A stretch of DNA of 45,728 nt from assembly GCA_900767375.1 (NCBI GenBank), contig CAAFYX010000001.1, positions 1 to 45,728 on the forward strand, in the 5' to 3' direction. The notes beneath the pieces were generated by a model. That model worked only from the letters and a program-made list of their open reading frames with translations, did no database searches and had not been told where the DNA came from. Positions 17,134-27,553 of the stretch are shown here, one piece after another (position 1 is the stretch's first letter; each line of letters begins with the position of its first letter). Origin of the DNA: Rikenellaceae bacterium (GTDB lineage Bacteria; Bacteroidota; Bacteroidia; Bacteroidales; UBA932). The translations under genes were made by a program, and so were the position numbers.

Positions 17134-20100
17134 TGAAGATTCTTAAAGCTTCGGCCGGGTCTGGAAAGACCTTCAGCCTGGCCAGGACATATATATCGCT
17201 GCTTCTGAGCAGCGAGGACAGGTATGCGTACAGGCATATACTGGCTGTGACTTTCACTAACAAGGCCACAGCCGAGATGAAGTCGCGCATCCTCAAGGAA
17301 CTGTATGTGATGAGCACGACCCCGACGGAGTCCGGCTATTTCAAGGACTTCGTCCCTTCGCTGGCCGCGGATGCCGGGGAGCTGGGACAGCGCGCCCACA
17401 GGGTGCTCGTGGATATCCTCCACGACTACAGCGCGTTCAGTGTGAGCACCATTGACAAGTTCTTCCAGATGACCCTGAAGGCATTCTCGCGGGAGATCGG
17501 ACAGTTTTCGTCCTATCAGGTGGAGCTGGACAGGAATTCCCTTGTCCACGAGTCCGTGGACAGGATCCTGGATTCCCTGACGGAGGATCAGACCGAACTG
17601 ATAGAGTGGCTGAACGGGGGAGTGATGGAGCAGCTGCGCCAGGGCAACCGTGTGAACATCGAGAAGAACCTTTATGACATAGCGGAGAAGCTGAAGAGCG
17701 AGGAGTTCCGTGAGCGTGCGGAGAGCCTCGGGGTGGACCCTATGGAGGTGTTCTCGAAGGAGAGCCTAGAAAGGGTCCGTCAGGAGTGCGAAGCGGTCAT
17801 CCCTGCCTTTGAACAGGCCGTAAGGGAGACGGCCGGAGCGGCCGTGAAGGCCATGGAAGAGTCCGGAGTGCCTCTTTCAGAGAGCAGCTACAGCTTCATG
17901 AACAAGCTGGCCGATTATGCTGCGCTTCAGAGCGGCAGTGTGGTCGAGCGTCCTTCGGACTCTTTCCTCAAGAGGGCTGCCGACAGCAGCCTGTGGTTCG
18001 CCAAGTCCAAGGCCGAGAAGTGCCTGAGGCTGCTTGCAGGTGCGCTGGACGAGCCTATGGCGGCGTTTGTCAGACTGTTCGGGGATGAGTTCAAGGTCTA
18101 CAACACAGCGGTTCTCCTCAAGGAACAGACCTTCTCGCTGGGGCTCGCCGGACATTTCTACAGGGAGTTCGAGGCTCTCCTGAAGGAGAAGAATGTCCTG
18201 GGCATCGAAGACTCCAACACCATCCTCAGGGATATCATCGACGGCAGTGATGCTCCGTTTGTATATGAAAAACTGGGCGTCAGGTTTGAGAATTTCCTTC
18301 TGGACGAGTTTCAGGATACATCGACCATCCAGTGGCAGAACTTCTATCCTCTTTTGAAAGAGAGTGTCTCATCGGGCCGCGCCAACCTTGTGGTCGGTGA
18401 TGTGAAGCAGAGCATCTACCGGTGGAGGGGCTCTGACTGGGAGCTGCTGAACTCCACGCTCCCTTCGAGCTTCCCCGGAGCTGAAGTCACTCCGCTGGAC
18501 TCCAACTGGCGCAGCTGCCGTGCCGTGGTGGACTTCAACAACCGTTTCTTCAAATATGCGGCGGAAACCGTGGATGTGAAGGGCATCTTCGATGATGTGA
18601 AGCAGGCAGCAATGTCCCAGGACCCTCAGGAGGGGAGCGTGAGGCTGACTTTCTGTGCCGGGGATGAGGAGCTTCAGGCGGTTCTGGACTCGATTGTGGA
18701 TGCCCATGACGCCGGTGCCATGTACGGCGACATGGCTGTACTGGTGCGCAAGAACGCCGAGGGGGCGCAGATAGCCTCCTTCCTGATGGAGCACGGCATA
18801 AGTGTCATCAGCGATGATTCCCTGGATCTGAAGTCCTCCGTGGTGGTGAGAAGGCTGGTTTCGCTCCTCTCCTGCGTCGAGAATCCTTCCGACTCTGTCA
18901 ACAGCTTCCTGGCTGCTTCCCTTAACGTGTCGTTCCCTGACAGGTATGAGTCCATAGTGGACCTGTGCGAGGAGTTGCTGAGATCGCTTCACGAATACGA
19001 CCCGGACCGTTTCGACGGCGAGACGCTTTACATCCAGTCGTTCATGGACTGCGTCCAGGACTGGAGCGTAAACAACGGACAGAACCTCCAGGCCTTCCTT
19101 AAATACTGGTCCGAGATGAAGACCCCGTATATCAGCTCTCCTGTGGACACTGACTCGGTCAGGATCATAACCATCCATAAGTCCAAGGGGCTGGAGTATC
19201 CGTATGTGATATTCCCTTATGCGGAGTCGGTGGAATTTTTCAGAAAAGGCTGCCATTGGTGCAGCCCTGCGGATGCCGGCGTCTCCCTTCCGTCAGCAGT
19301 TGGGGCCGTTTACCCGGTTGACCTCAGTTCCAAGTCCGAGGACACGCTGTTCTCCTCGGACTATGAGAGGGAGAGATATCTCCAGCTGGTGGATAATCTC
19401 AATACTCTCTATGTCGCACTGACCCGTGCGGAAAAATGTCTCCATGTGATAGCAGGGTCGGTTCCCGCTGCTCTGAAGAATGGTGGGAAGCCTTCGGATT
19501 TCTCCCAGGTCCTGTATCTTTTTGCCAGGGATGGGGGCTGTCTGTCAGAGAGGCTTGCGGGCGAGGGTGAGGCCGAGGTGTTCGAGTCCGGTGAAGCCTA
19601 TGACTTCACACGGATGCAGCGCAAGGCCATCTCCAGGGATCGGGACTTCCCTGCGGAATACAGCTCGTTCCCTCTGGCCGGAAGGCTCTCTTTGAGCACG
19701 GATGCCAGGGATTACTTCGGCGATGACGGCACGGCAGGGGCCGGCGCCTCCCCGCGTCTGAACGGCATCGTTCTTCACGACATATTGTCTTCTGTCCATT
19801 CGCCTGAAGACCTGCGTCCGGCCATCGATGCCGCGGTGAAGGACGGCAGGCTCACCGCCGCGGAAGGCGAGGCCGACTATGCGCTGCTGAAGGCGCGCAT
19901 CGACTCGGCCGTGCAGCGTGGCTGGTTCGCTGCCGGCGCTTCCGAGGGCATCGGCTCCACCTCTTTCGCCGAGGTCACCGTGTTCGATACCGACGGTACC
20001 GAACACCGGCCGGACAGGGTCCTTTCGTTCCCTGACAGGACTCTGGTGATCGACTACAAGTTCGGTGAGCACCGCGGCAAATACAAAAAACAGGTCGCAC

Positions 20101-20189
20101 AATATGTCGACCTGTATAAGCGTATGGGCTATCCTTCCGTATCCGGAGTCCTCTGGTATGTTCCTGAAGACTCTGTCGAGACAGTCTAG
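17130..20189 (+). CDS. addA: AddA-like UvrD/RecB helicase-nuclease
   Basis: Walker A ASAGSGKT, TFTNKA, LDEFQD, VGDVKQSIYRWRG, TIHKSKGLE, YVALTRA, and C-terminal RPDR..IDYKFG nuclease. ATGA overlap with addB. Confidence 0.92.
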   Translation: MMKILKASAGSGKTFSLARTYISLLLSSEDRYAYRHILAVTFTNKATAEMKSRILKELYVMSTTPTESGYFKDFVPSLAADAGELGQRAHRVLVDILHDYSAFSVSTIDKFFQMTLKAFSREIGQFSSYQVELDRNSLVHESVDRILDSLTEDQTELIEWLNGGVMEQLRQGNRVNIEKNLYDIAEKLKSEEFRERAESLGVDPMEVFSKESLERVRQECEAVIPAFEQAVRETAGAAVKAMEESGVPLSESSYSFMNKLADYAALQSGSVVERPSDSFLKRAADSSLWFAKSKAEKCLRLLAGALDEPMAAFVRLFGDEFKVYNTAVLLKEQTFSLGLAGHFYREFEALLKEKNVLGIEDSNTILRDIIDGSDAPFVYEKLGVRFENFLLDEFQDTSTIQWQNFYPLLKESVSSGRANLVVGDVKQSIYRWRGSDWELLNSTLPSSFPGAEVTPLDSNWRSCRAVVDFNNRFFKYAAETVDVKGIFDDVKQAAMSQDPQEGSVRLTFCAGDEELQAVLDSIVDAHDAGAMYGDMAVLVRKNAEGAQIASFLMEHGISVISDDSLDLKSSVVVRRLVSLLSCVENPSDSVNSFLAASLNVSFPDRYESIVDLCEELLRSLHEYDPDRFDGETLYIQSFMDCVQDWSVNNGQNLQAFLKYWSEMKTPYISSPVDTDSVRIITIHKSKGLEYPYVIFPYAESVEFFRKGCHWCSPADAGVSLPSAVGAVYPVDLSSKSEDTLFSSDYERERYLQLVDNLNTLYVALTRAEKCLHVIAGSVPAALKNGGKPSDFSQVLYLFARDGGCLSERLAGEGEAEVFESGEAYDFTRMQRKAISRDRDFPAEYSSFPLAGRLSLSTDARDYFGDDGTAGAGASPRLNGIVLHDILSSVHSPEDLRPAIDAAVKDGRLTAAEGEADYALLKARIDSAVQRGWFAAGASEGIGSTSFAEVTVFDTDGTEHRPDRVLSFPDRTLVIDYKFGEHRGKYKKQVAQYVDLYKRMGYPSVSGVLWYVPEDSVETV

Positions 20190-20206
20190 GCGGACCGTGG
20201 TCCGCC
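20189..20206. terminator. Hairpin between convergent addA and ftsZ
   Basis: Perfect inverted repeat GGCGGACC-GT-GGTCCGCC, but no clear U-tract. Confidence 0.4.
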
Positions 20207-20214
20207 CTCCGTCA

Positions 20215-21498
20215 CTATTTCTTTTCGGCTGAGGCTGTCCGTCGGATGGCCGGTATGTTCTCGAGAGTGCTCATGTCCTCTCCGTTCTCCATCAGGAGGA
20301 CAGGCTTGTGGTCTTCGTCGAAGAACGGGTGGCTGTTCTGGGTGTTGAAGCCTATGGTCTGGATGACTGCGCCTTCAGTGGCCGGAAGGCTGCGGCCTTC
20401 CTCGCAGTCCATCTCCTTCTTCTTGTCGAAGACGTAGTCATTGTCAAGAATGATGAGATTGCCCAGGTCGACGTTGGTTATCTTGTTCAGCTTGTTGAAC
20501 TCGAATCCTGTGGCGACGACGGTGACCTTTATGGTGTCGTCGGCGTCAGGGTCGTCGTTCCAGATGATTCCGCGCTTGAACATTGTGAACTTTCCGAGGG
20601 AGTCGCGGATTTTGTTGGTGAGGGTGTTGAGATCCTCCATCTCGAGACCGTTCTCGTTGTTGGCGACGGTGATGTTCAGGAGCACCTTCTGGGCGGTATT
20701 CACTTCGAAGTCATTGAGGAGAGGGGAGTTGATGGCAGCCTGGATGGCGTCATCTATACGGTTCTGACCCTTGCCGATTCCGCAGCCCATCAGGGCGAGG
20801 CCGCTGTCCTTCATCACGGTTTTCACGTCCTCGAAGTCGACGTTGACATAGCCTTTCTTCTTGATGATCTCCACTACGCTCATGACGGCGGTGGCCAGCA
20901 CCTCGTCGGCCTTCGGGAACGCTTCCTGGATGAGGAGGTTTCCGAACTGCTCATGGAGCTTCTCGTTGTTTATTATGAGGAGACTGTCGACGTTCTTCTT
21001 CAGCTCGTTGATGCCGTCGATTGCCCGTCCGAGAGCCTCGGGACCCTCGTTGTCGAACGGGAGGGTCACGACGGCCACTGTCAGCACGCCTCTCTCCCGG
21101 GACATCTTGGCGATCACAGGAGCGGCTCCGGTGCCGGTGCCGCCGCCCATTCCGGCCGTGATGAACAGCATGTCTATCTGACCGCCGAACACGACGCTGG
21201 CGATTTCGTCCTGGGAGTCAAGTGCCGCGTTGCGGCCCGCTGTGGAGTTGGTTCCGGCGCCGAGTCCCCGGCCCATCTGGATCTTTGTAGGCACTTCCGT
21301 TCCGGAAAGGGCCTGCGAGTCGGTGTTGCAGACGATGAAGTTGCATCCCTGCACGTTCTGGCGGAACATGTAGTTGACGGCATTGCATCCTGCGCCTCCG
21401 ACTCCGATGACGGAGATGCGGGATTCGTTTACTTTCTTCCAGCTTTCAGGCTCGATCTCGAAGCCTTCGCATTCGTTTCCTTTGTATATCTCGTTCAT
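20215..21498 (-). CDS. ftsZ: Cell division GTPase FtsZ
   Basis: GVGGAGCNAV, NTD, GAG, tubulin signature GMGGGTGTG, T7 loop NVDFEDV. Confidence 0.97.
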   Translation of the reverse strand: MNEIYKGNECEGFEIEPESWKKVNESRISVIGVGGAGCNAVNYMFRQNVQGCNFIVCNTDSQALSGTEVPTKIQMGRGLGAGTNSTAGRNAALDSQDEIASVVFGGQIDMLFITAGMGGGTGTGAAPVIAKMSRERGVLTVAVVTLPFDNEGPEALGRAIDGINELKKNVDSLLIINNEKLHEQFGNLLIQEAFPKADEVLATAVMSVVEIIKKKGYVNVDFEDVKTVMKDSGLALMGCGIGKGQNRIDDAIQAAINSPLLNDFEVNTAQKVLLNITVANNENGLEMEDLNTLTNKIRDSLGKFTMFKRGIIWNDDPDADDTIKVTVVATGFEFNKLNKITNVDLGNLIILDNDYVFDKKKEMDCEEGRSLPATEGAVIQTIGFNTQNSHPFFDEDHKPVLLMENGEDMSTLENIPAIRRTASAEKK

Positions 21499-21509
21499 AA
21501 TCTTTTCCT

Positions 21510-22913
21510 TTATTCGTCACAACTGCTGAAGCCTTCATCAAGCATCTTGTCAATCTTCCTTGTCCAGGCATCGAATGGATTCTTCCAGAGGATCTTAGGC
21601 TTCCTTCTGGATTTCTTTTCTCCTTCTTCTGAGTCCGTTTCTTTGCCCTGTACCTCCTCGAATCCTCCTTCTTCGAGGCGTTCCGTGGTGTCGCTGTATA
21701 CCGGTGCCTCATTTTCCGGCATTGACTCGGAAATGCAGTTCAGGTATTTGTCCTCCTTGGCGGCCAGAATCATTCCTACGGCGGCAGTGGAGCCGGTCTC
21801 GTTTATCTCAGGGCATCCTGAGAAGCTGAATTTCTGGCGCGGATAGCCGATGCGGACATTGTATCCTGAGAACTCCTTCACGAACGTCGAGAGGTTCGGA
21901 ATCGTGGCGCAGCCGCCGGTCAGCACGATGCCGTTGCGGAGCATTCCGCCGAAACCGCTTTCCTGGATCTTGTACATGCAGGCGTCGATGATCTCCTTCA
22001 TCCTGCAGGTGATGACTTCGGAGAGGTACTTCACGGAGAGCTGCTTGCAGGAGCCGGATTCGTTGTTGTTTATCTGGATTATCTTGTCCCTGAGGGTGAG
22101 GAGCTTGTCGGGCATGACGGCTCCGTAACCCAGCTTGATGTTTTCTGCCAGCGTCTCGGAGGTGCCGCACTCGAGCTTGATGTCGTTGGTGATGCTGCGT
22201 CCTCCGAAAGGTATGGAGGAGTAGTAGCGCATTATGTCATTGTGATATATGGTGACTGAGGTGGCACCGGCTCCTATCTCGATGAGGGCCACTCCATTCT
22301 CCCTTTCCTCTTCCGAGAGGATGGCCCTGGCGGTGATCTCAGGGAGGAAGAACTTCCTGGCCACTGCCACTCCGACGAGGTTCATCACGCGGTCGACGTT
22401 GTCACTGTGCCTCTTGTGGCCGATGAATACCTTGAAGTTGCCTTCCAGGGTGTCGCTGACCATTCCCTCGATGTCGCTTTCGCGGGCGTTCAGGTACTCC
22501 TCGGTGGAGAACGACTGGGCGACGACTCCGTACATTATCTGCTTTTCCGGATCAGGCAGCGGGTAGGTCTCGACGGCATTGGTCTTGAGGAACTCGATCT
22601 CTTCGGTGGTGATGGAGCTGTCCCTGTCAGAGCGTTCGAACTCGGCGCGGGCATTGACCTGCCTGACTTCGTATCGTGGAAGACCGGTCACTACCTGATG
22701 GATCTTTATCTTGAGTTCCTCCTCGGCCAGCTGGATGGCTTCCTTGACTTTCGCGGCCGCTTTCTGCGGGTTGAAAACGTAGGAATTCCTGATGCCTTCG
22801 GAGACTGTCTCCTTGTGGTAGAGGACCTGGACCCCTTTCTCTCCTGTCTGGGCTACGGTCACGGAAATCTTCGCGGTACCCAGATCCACTGCTGCTATGT
22901 ATCTTTCGTCCAT
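21510..22913 (-). CDS. ftsA: Cell division protein FtsA
   Basis: AVDLGTAKI, EIGAGAT, PFGGRSITNDI, AENIK, GIVLTGG, and dcw position. Confidence 0.93.
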   Translation of the reverse strand: MDERYIAAVDLGTAKISVTVAQTGEKGVQVLYHKETVSEGIRNSYVFNPQKAAAKVKEAIQLAEEELKIKIHQVVTGLPRYEVRQVNARAEFERSDRDSSITTEEIEFLKTNAVETYPLPDPEKQIMYGVVAQSFSTEEYLNARESDIEGMVSDTLEGNFKVFIGHKRHSDNVDRVMNLVGVAVARKFFLPEITARAILSEEERENGVALIEIGAGATSVTIYHNDIMRYYSSIPFGGRSITNDIKLECGTSETLAENIKLGYGAVMPDKLLTLRDKIIQINNNESGSCKQLSVKYLSEVITCRMKEIIDACMYKIQESGFGGMLRNGIVLTGGCATIPNLSTFVKEFSGYNVRIGYPRQKFSFSGCPEINETGSTAAVGMILAAKEDKYLNCISESMPENEAPVYSDTTERLEEGGFEEVQGKETDSEEGEKKSRRKPKILWKNPFDAWTRKIDKMLDEGFSSCDE

Positions 22914-22918
22914 ATCGA

Positions 22919-23695
22919 TTATTGTTTGCAGATTATTTGTTTGTCGTATTTCAAGTTGACTGTGCTGTAGTAGTCCTTTCCTTTTTCTGGGACTATGTAC
23001 TTATAGTAATCGCCCATCTTCTTCAGCTTCTCCCTGGCCTCGAACGGACTTCCGAAGATGAATGTCTCCTTCCCCTGACGCGGGATCAGGATGAGGTCAC
23101 CCTTTGCGTCCACGTGTATCTGGGCGATGTTTTCCGTCCATACCTTGGCCTTGGACATGTTCTGTACCATGTCGATGACGCCGAGCATCCACTGCTTCTC
23201 CTTTCCGGTCATCAGCTGTCCCTTGTAGCCGGAAGGGATGGAGAGAGGGACGTTTCCGTCAATGATCGGCAGCCGTGAAGGATAGCCTGACGGGAGGGGG
23301 AATACATATCCTTTCTCATCCGCGTAGTACCATTCGGATCCGTTCTTGAAACGCACCACAGGGACTCTCTGGATCAGGCGGACGTGGAGTATCCTGTCAT
23401 CCGTGATGAAGGCCTGGCATTTGTGGACGGCGCTCTGGGTGTCGAGCATCTCCTCGATGCGGTCAAGCCTGATGCTGTCCAGGCGCTGTCCGACGTATGC
23501 GCCGTAGTTGCTGGCAAGATACTGCTTCACGTCGTCCGGGGAGACGACCCTGAAGTCGTCCGAATACTCCACGCTGATTCCGTCACAGGTCAGCAGGCGC
23601 CGCTCCTTCAGCGTGAAGGCGCGAAGGGCGACTGAGCCTGCCGCAACGACGGCAAGCACACCCAGTGTGATCATATTCCGGACGAAAGTCTTCAT
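22919..23695 (-). CDS. ftsQ: Cell division protein FtsQ/DivIB (Bacteroidota type)
   Basis: Single N-terminal TM segment, QRVPVVRF, C-terminal YSTVNLKYDKQIIC. Lies between murC and ftsA. Confidence 0.85.
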   Translation of the reverse strand: MKTFVRNMITLGVLAVVAAGSVALRAFTLKERRLLTCDGISVEYSDDFRVVSPDDVKQYLASNYGAYVGQRLDSIRLDRIEEMLDTQSAVHKCQAFITDDRILHVRLIQRVPVVRFKNGSEWYYADEKGYVFPLPSGYPSRLPIIDGNVPLSIPSGYKGQLMTGKEKQWMLGVIDMVQNMSKAKVWTENIAQIHVDAKGDLILIPRQGKETFIFGSPFEAREKLKKMGDYYKYIVPEKGKDYYSTVNLKYDKQIICKQ

Positions 23696-25038
23696 TTCTT
23701 TTTCAGATACTCGGTTATCGGGTCAATGAATCTGTCGATGTTGCCGGCTCCGAAGGTGACCAGGACATCGATGTCCTCCTTCTTAAGCTGCTCCATCAGC
23801 TGCTCTTTGCTTATGAGCATCTTCTCCGGCGCCTTGACGTCCTTGAAGATGATGTCGGAGGTCACGCCTTCGATAGGCTCCTCCCTGGCGGGATATATGT
23901 CCAGGAGAATGAGCTTGTCCACCCGGCTGAGGGCTTCGGCGAATTCCGCCGCGAAATCCCTCGTCCTGGTGTACAGGTGAGGCTGGAATACAGCCGTTAT
24001 CTTCCTTCCGGGGAATATCCCCCTGATGGATGAGATGGCGGTGGCGAGCTCGTTCGGGTGATGGGCGTAGTCGTCGATGTAGGTGAGTCCCTCGACGTTT
24101 ACGTGGACGTCCATCCTTCTCTGCACTCCGACGAATGTGCCGATGGCCTTTCTGATGGCCTCAGGACTGACTCCGTGGCAGAGGCAGACGGCTGCTGCGG
24201 CGATGCTGTTCTCAACGTTCACCCAGCCCAGTGCTCCCGGGGTGATGTCCTTGATGACGCCGTCCGGGTGGACAAGGTCAAAGGTGTAGCGTCCGAGGCT
24301 GTCGAGCCTGACATTGGCCGAATGGAAGTCGGCCTCCGGGTCATCGTAGTGGTAGGTCAGTATCCTGGCCTTTGTATCGCTGTCGCTGACAGGAAGTCCC
24401 TTCTTTATGATCAGGAAGTCGCTGACCTGGGAGGCGAAGATGCGGAATGACTCCTGCACGTGCTCGAGGTCGCCGTAGATGTCGAGATGGTCGGCGTCCA
24501 TGGCGGTGATGACCGCGATGGACGGGAACAGCTGGTGGAAGGACCTGTCGAACTCGTCAGCTTCAGCCACCACCACCGGGTTGTGGCTGACCAGCATGTT
24601 GGTCCCGTAGTTCTTCGAGATGCCGCCGAGGAAAGCGGAGCATCCTTCGCCGCTTTCGGTGAGGATATGGGCCGTGAGGGTGCTTGTGGTGGTCTTGCCG
24701 TGGGTACCTGAGATGGCCAGGCACTTCTGCCCACGGGTGATTTCACCCAGCGTGCGGGAGCGCTTGATGACCTTGTACCCCTTTTCCCGTACATATACGA
24801 GCTCCTTGAGGCTTTCCGGGATGGCCGGGGTATATACTACCAGGGTCTCCTCCACGTCCTTCGGGATGAAGTCGATGTTGTCCTCGAAATGGACCCCGAT
24901 TCCTTCCTCCTGCAGTCTGGCGGTGAGTTCGGAAGGCGTGCGGTCATATCCTGACACCTCCAGTCCCTTGAACTTGAAATATCTGGCGATGGCGCTCATT
25001 CCGATGCCGCCTATTCCTATGAAATATACGTTCTTCAT
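23692..25038 (-). CDS. murC: UDP-N-acetylmuramate--L-alanine ligase
   Basis: FIGIGGIGMSA, GTHGKTTT, EADEFDRSF, DDYAHHP, FQPHLYTRT. Confidence 0.97.
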   Translation of the reverse strand: MKNVYFIGIGGIGMSAIARYFKFKGLEVSGYDRTPSELTARLQEEGIGVHFEDNIDFIPKDVEETLVVYTPAIPESLKELVYVREKGYKVIKRSRTLGEITRGQKCLAISGTHGKTTTSTLTAHILTESGEGCSAFLGGISKNYGTNMLVSHNPVVVAEADEFDRSFHQLFPSIAVITAMDADHLDIYGDLEHVQESFRIFASQVSDFLIIKKGLPVSDSDTKARILTYHYDDPEADFHSANVRLDSLGRYTFDLVHPDGVIKDITPGALGWVNVENSIAAAAVCLCHGVSPEAIRKAIGTFVGVQRRMDVHVNVEGLTYIDDYAHHPNELATAISSIRGIFPGRKITAVFQPHLYTRTRDFAAEFAEALSRVDKLILLDIYPAREEPIEGVTSDIIFKDVKAPEKMLISKEQLMEQLKKEDIDVLVTFGAGNIDRFIDPITEYLKKK

Positions 25039-26177
25039 TTCTCCAAAAGCTTATAAACTTCCTTGGCGATATCCATGGCGGCATCCATGCGTGCCATGCT
25101 GCCGGCATTCTCCTCCATCCTTGCGATCCTTTCAGGGTCGTGGGCGAGCTCGATGGCCTTTGCCATCATCTCCTCACTTGCATCGGCATCCCTGACGAGG
25201 ATGGCTGCGTCCTTGCGGACCAGTGCCATTGCGTTGTGGGTCTGGTGGTCCTCAGCCACATTCGGCGAAGGTACCAGGATGGCGGCCTTGTGTACGGCGC
25301 AGAGCTCAGACACCGAGCTCGCTCCGGAGCGTGAGATTATCACGTCGGACACTGCATAGGCGAGGTCCATCCTCTTTATGAAATCCGAGTGCTTGATGCT
25401 GTCCAGAGGGGATTTCCTGCGCTCCTCCTCCATAAAGGCATCCACCTGGGGCTTGTAATATTTGCCGCATTGCCAGATGACTTCCACATCATCCCCGCCG
25501 TTGCAGCCTTCGCGTATCCATTTCTTCATCGCTTCGTTCAGCGTGCGGCTGCCGAGGCTGCCGCCGACGATGAAGATATGCTTCTTATGAGGGTCGAGTC
25601 CGTAGTATTCGAGCCCCTCGGCCACCATTTCCGGGGTGGCCGGGACCATCTCCTTGCGGATAGGGTTGCCGGTGAATACAATCTTCTCTGCAGGGAAGAA
25701 CCTTTCCATCCCCTCGTATGCCACGCAGATGGCTCCGACCTTCTTTGAGAGTATCTTGTTTGTCAGGCCGGCGAATCCGTTCTGCTCCTGGATGAGGGCC
25801 GGAATATGCTTGCGCGTGGCCTTCCAGAGGAGGGGAGCGCTGGCGTAGCCGCCCACTCCGATGGCGATGTCAGGCTTGAACGCATCTATGACGGAGCCTG
25901 CCTTATGGAGGCTCTGGAGTACTTTGAACGGCACTTTGATGTCGTTGACGATGTTTTTCAGGTTCAGCTGTCGCTGAAGTCCGAGCATCGGGAGGCCGAC
26001 GATTTCGTAGCCCGCTGCGGGCACTTTCTCCATCTCCATCTTCCCTTCCGCTCCTACGAAAAGTATTTCAGTCCCGGGGTTGAGCTCCTTGAGCTTCCCG
26101 GCGATGGATACGGCCGGGAAGATGTGCCCTCCCGTGCCTCCGCCGCTTATTATCACTCTTAATGGTCTGTATGTCAT
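25035..26177 (-). CDS. murG: Lipid II GlcNAc transferase
   Basis: GGGTGGHIFP, GGYAS, EQN, GNPIR, GGSLG, RSGA, HQTHNA. Confidence 0.97.
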   Translation of the reverse strand: MTYRPLRVIISGGGTGGHIFPAVSIAGKLKELNPGTEILFVGAEGKMEMEKVPAAGYEIVGLPMLGLQRQLNLKNIVNDIKVPFKVLQSLHKAGSVIDAFKPDIAIGVGGYASAPLLWKATRKHIPALIQEQNGFAGLTNKILSKKVGAICVAYEGMERFFPAEKIVFTGNPIRKEMVPATPEMVAEGLEYYGLDPHKKHIFIVGGSLGSRTLNEAMKKWIREGCNGGDDVEVIWQCGKYYKPQVDAFMEEERRKSPLDSIKHSDFIKRMDLAYAVSDVIISRSGASSVSELCAVHKAAILVPSPNVAEDHQTHNAMALVRKDAAILVRDADASEEMMAKAIELAHDPERIARMEENAGSMARMDAAMDIAKEVYKLLEK

Positions 26178-26180
26178 AGC

Positions 26181-27542
26181 CTAAACTTCTGAGTCCATTT
26201 CTTCAATGATTTCATTCTGATGCTCCAGATGGATGCTTCCGCTTTCCTCCCTTTCCTTCTCGATGTTCTGACGGGCACCTCTGCTGAGTGACAGGATCAC
26301 TCCGAACGCTATGCAGAACATCACGAATGAGGAGGAACCGTAACTGATCAGCGGCAGGGTCTGTCCTGTCAGCGGTCCTATGCCCACATTCACAAACATA
26401 TGCAGCAGGGCCTGTCCCGTAATCAGGGTGACGAGTCCGGCCACTGCGACCTTCTCGAACCTCCCGACGCATCCTTTCACTATCACCGTCCCCCTGGCCA
26501 GGAGACTGACATAGAGGAAGATGATTATGATTGCTCCCAGCAGTCCGTACTCCTCTATGATGAAACTGAACATATAGTCCTCATACATCACCGGGACCAC
26601 GTACCGCTGTGTACTCTGGCCGGCGCCCTTTCCTAGCAGTCCTCCCTGCTTTATGGCGATCTTCGCGCTGTAAGGCTGGCGGATCTTGTCCACTGCTTTT
26701 CTGTATTCATCCGTACCCGGTTTCATTTCATCGAGGAGTTCGAGGGTTTTCTTCGGTCCATCGATTCGGCTCATCCAGGTCTGGGCGCGCGGGATCTTCT
26801 CGATGACCGCGCCGTCGGTGACCTTGTTTATGACAATGAATCCGGTGATCAGCAGTCCAAGGAGAATGACAGGAATGAACACCTCCCACGCACGGAGCCC
26901 TCCTACCAGGATGGTTGCGAGCATTATGGCTCCAATGAAGGCTGCACTCGAACCGCTCCCCAGGGCGGTGAGACCCATTACGAGGAACATCGGAATATAA
27001 ATGCAGAATGTCTTTTTCCAGAACGGCCTTGAGAGCCATTTCATATGTTTCAGCTTGGACAGCTCGTTTACCAGCGGGAAGCTGTCCTCGATGAAGGCGT
27101 CCACCGCCCAGGCCATGTACATGATCATGGCGACCTTCACGATTTCATAGACGTGGATCTGGAAACCTCCCACCTTGATTACTCGCCAGGCGTTGTTTAT
27201 GGTTCCGGCCCTGAAGCTGTCGCTTATCCTGAAATGCGACACCACCAGCAGCAGGAGCACCAGCGACACAAGGAAACCGAACCTGGACAATGCCTTGTAC
27301 GTCCTGACACCGAAGTAGTTGTAGCAGATCAGTATCAAGCCGAATCCGATGCCTACCACGGTCATCATCTCACGCACCACGTCCAGTCGTGTCTTTGATC
27401 CGCTCAGGACCTCTCCGAGACTTGAGGTTGAGGAGAATATGCACACGATCGACCACATGATCAGCATCAGCACGATCATCCAGACGACCTTGTCTCCTTT
27501 CAGGTTCTCGAATAAGTTCCAGTGTCCCGCTTTGTTCTTCAT
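26181..27542 (-). CDS. ftsW: SEDS peptidoglycan polymerase FtsW
   Basis: Multi-TM protein with GGLLGKGAGQS, YEDYMFSFIIEEYG, PLTGQTLPLISYG. Lies between murD and murG. Confidence 0.93.
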   Translation of the reverse strand: MKNKAGHWNLFENLKGDKVVWMIVLMLIMWSIVCIFSSTSSLGEVLSGSKTRLDVVREMMTVVGIGFGLILICYNYFGVRTYKALSRFGFLVSLVLLLLVVSHFRISDSFRAGTINNAWRVIKVGGFQIHVYEIVKVAMIMYMAWAVDAFIEDSFPLVNELSKLKHMKWLSRPFWKKTFCIYIPMFLVMGLTALGSGSSAAFIGAIMLATILVGGLRAWEVFIPVILLGLLITGFIVINKVTDGAVIEKIPRAQTWMSRIDGPKKTLELLDEMKPGTDEYRKAVDKIRQPYSAKIAIKQGGLLGKGAGQSTQRYVVPVMYEDYMFSFIIEEYGLLGAIIIIFLYVSLLARGTVIVKGCVGRFEKVAVAGLVTLITGQALLHMFVNVGIGPLTGQTLPLISYGSSSFVMFCIAFGVILSLSRGARQNIEKEREESGSIHLEHQNEIIEEMDSEV

Positions 27543-27553
27543 CGGATCGAATA

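Noticed and set aside
14197..20189. Helicase-nuclease pair as a novel anti-phage system
   Set aside because: Motifs and the four-Cys staple match the housekeeping AddAB repair complex.
20308..21846. 512-aa ORF antisense to ftsZ/ftsA, and similar long antisense ORFs over gltX, GH3, murD, rsmH, rpoN and the carboxyltransferase
   Set aside because: These are codon-mirror shadows of conserved genes, with the typical V/D/G/H-rich composition.
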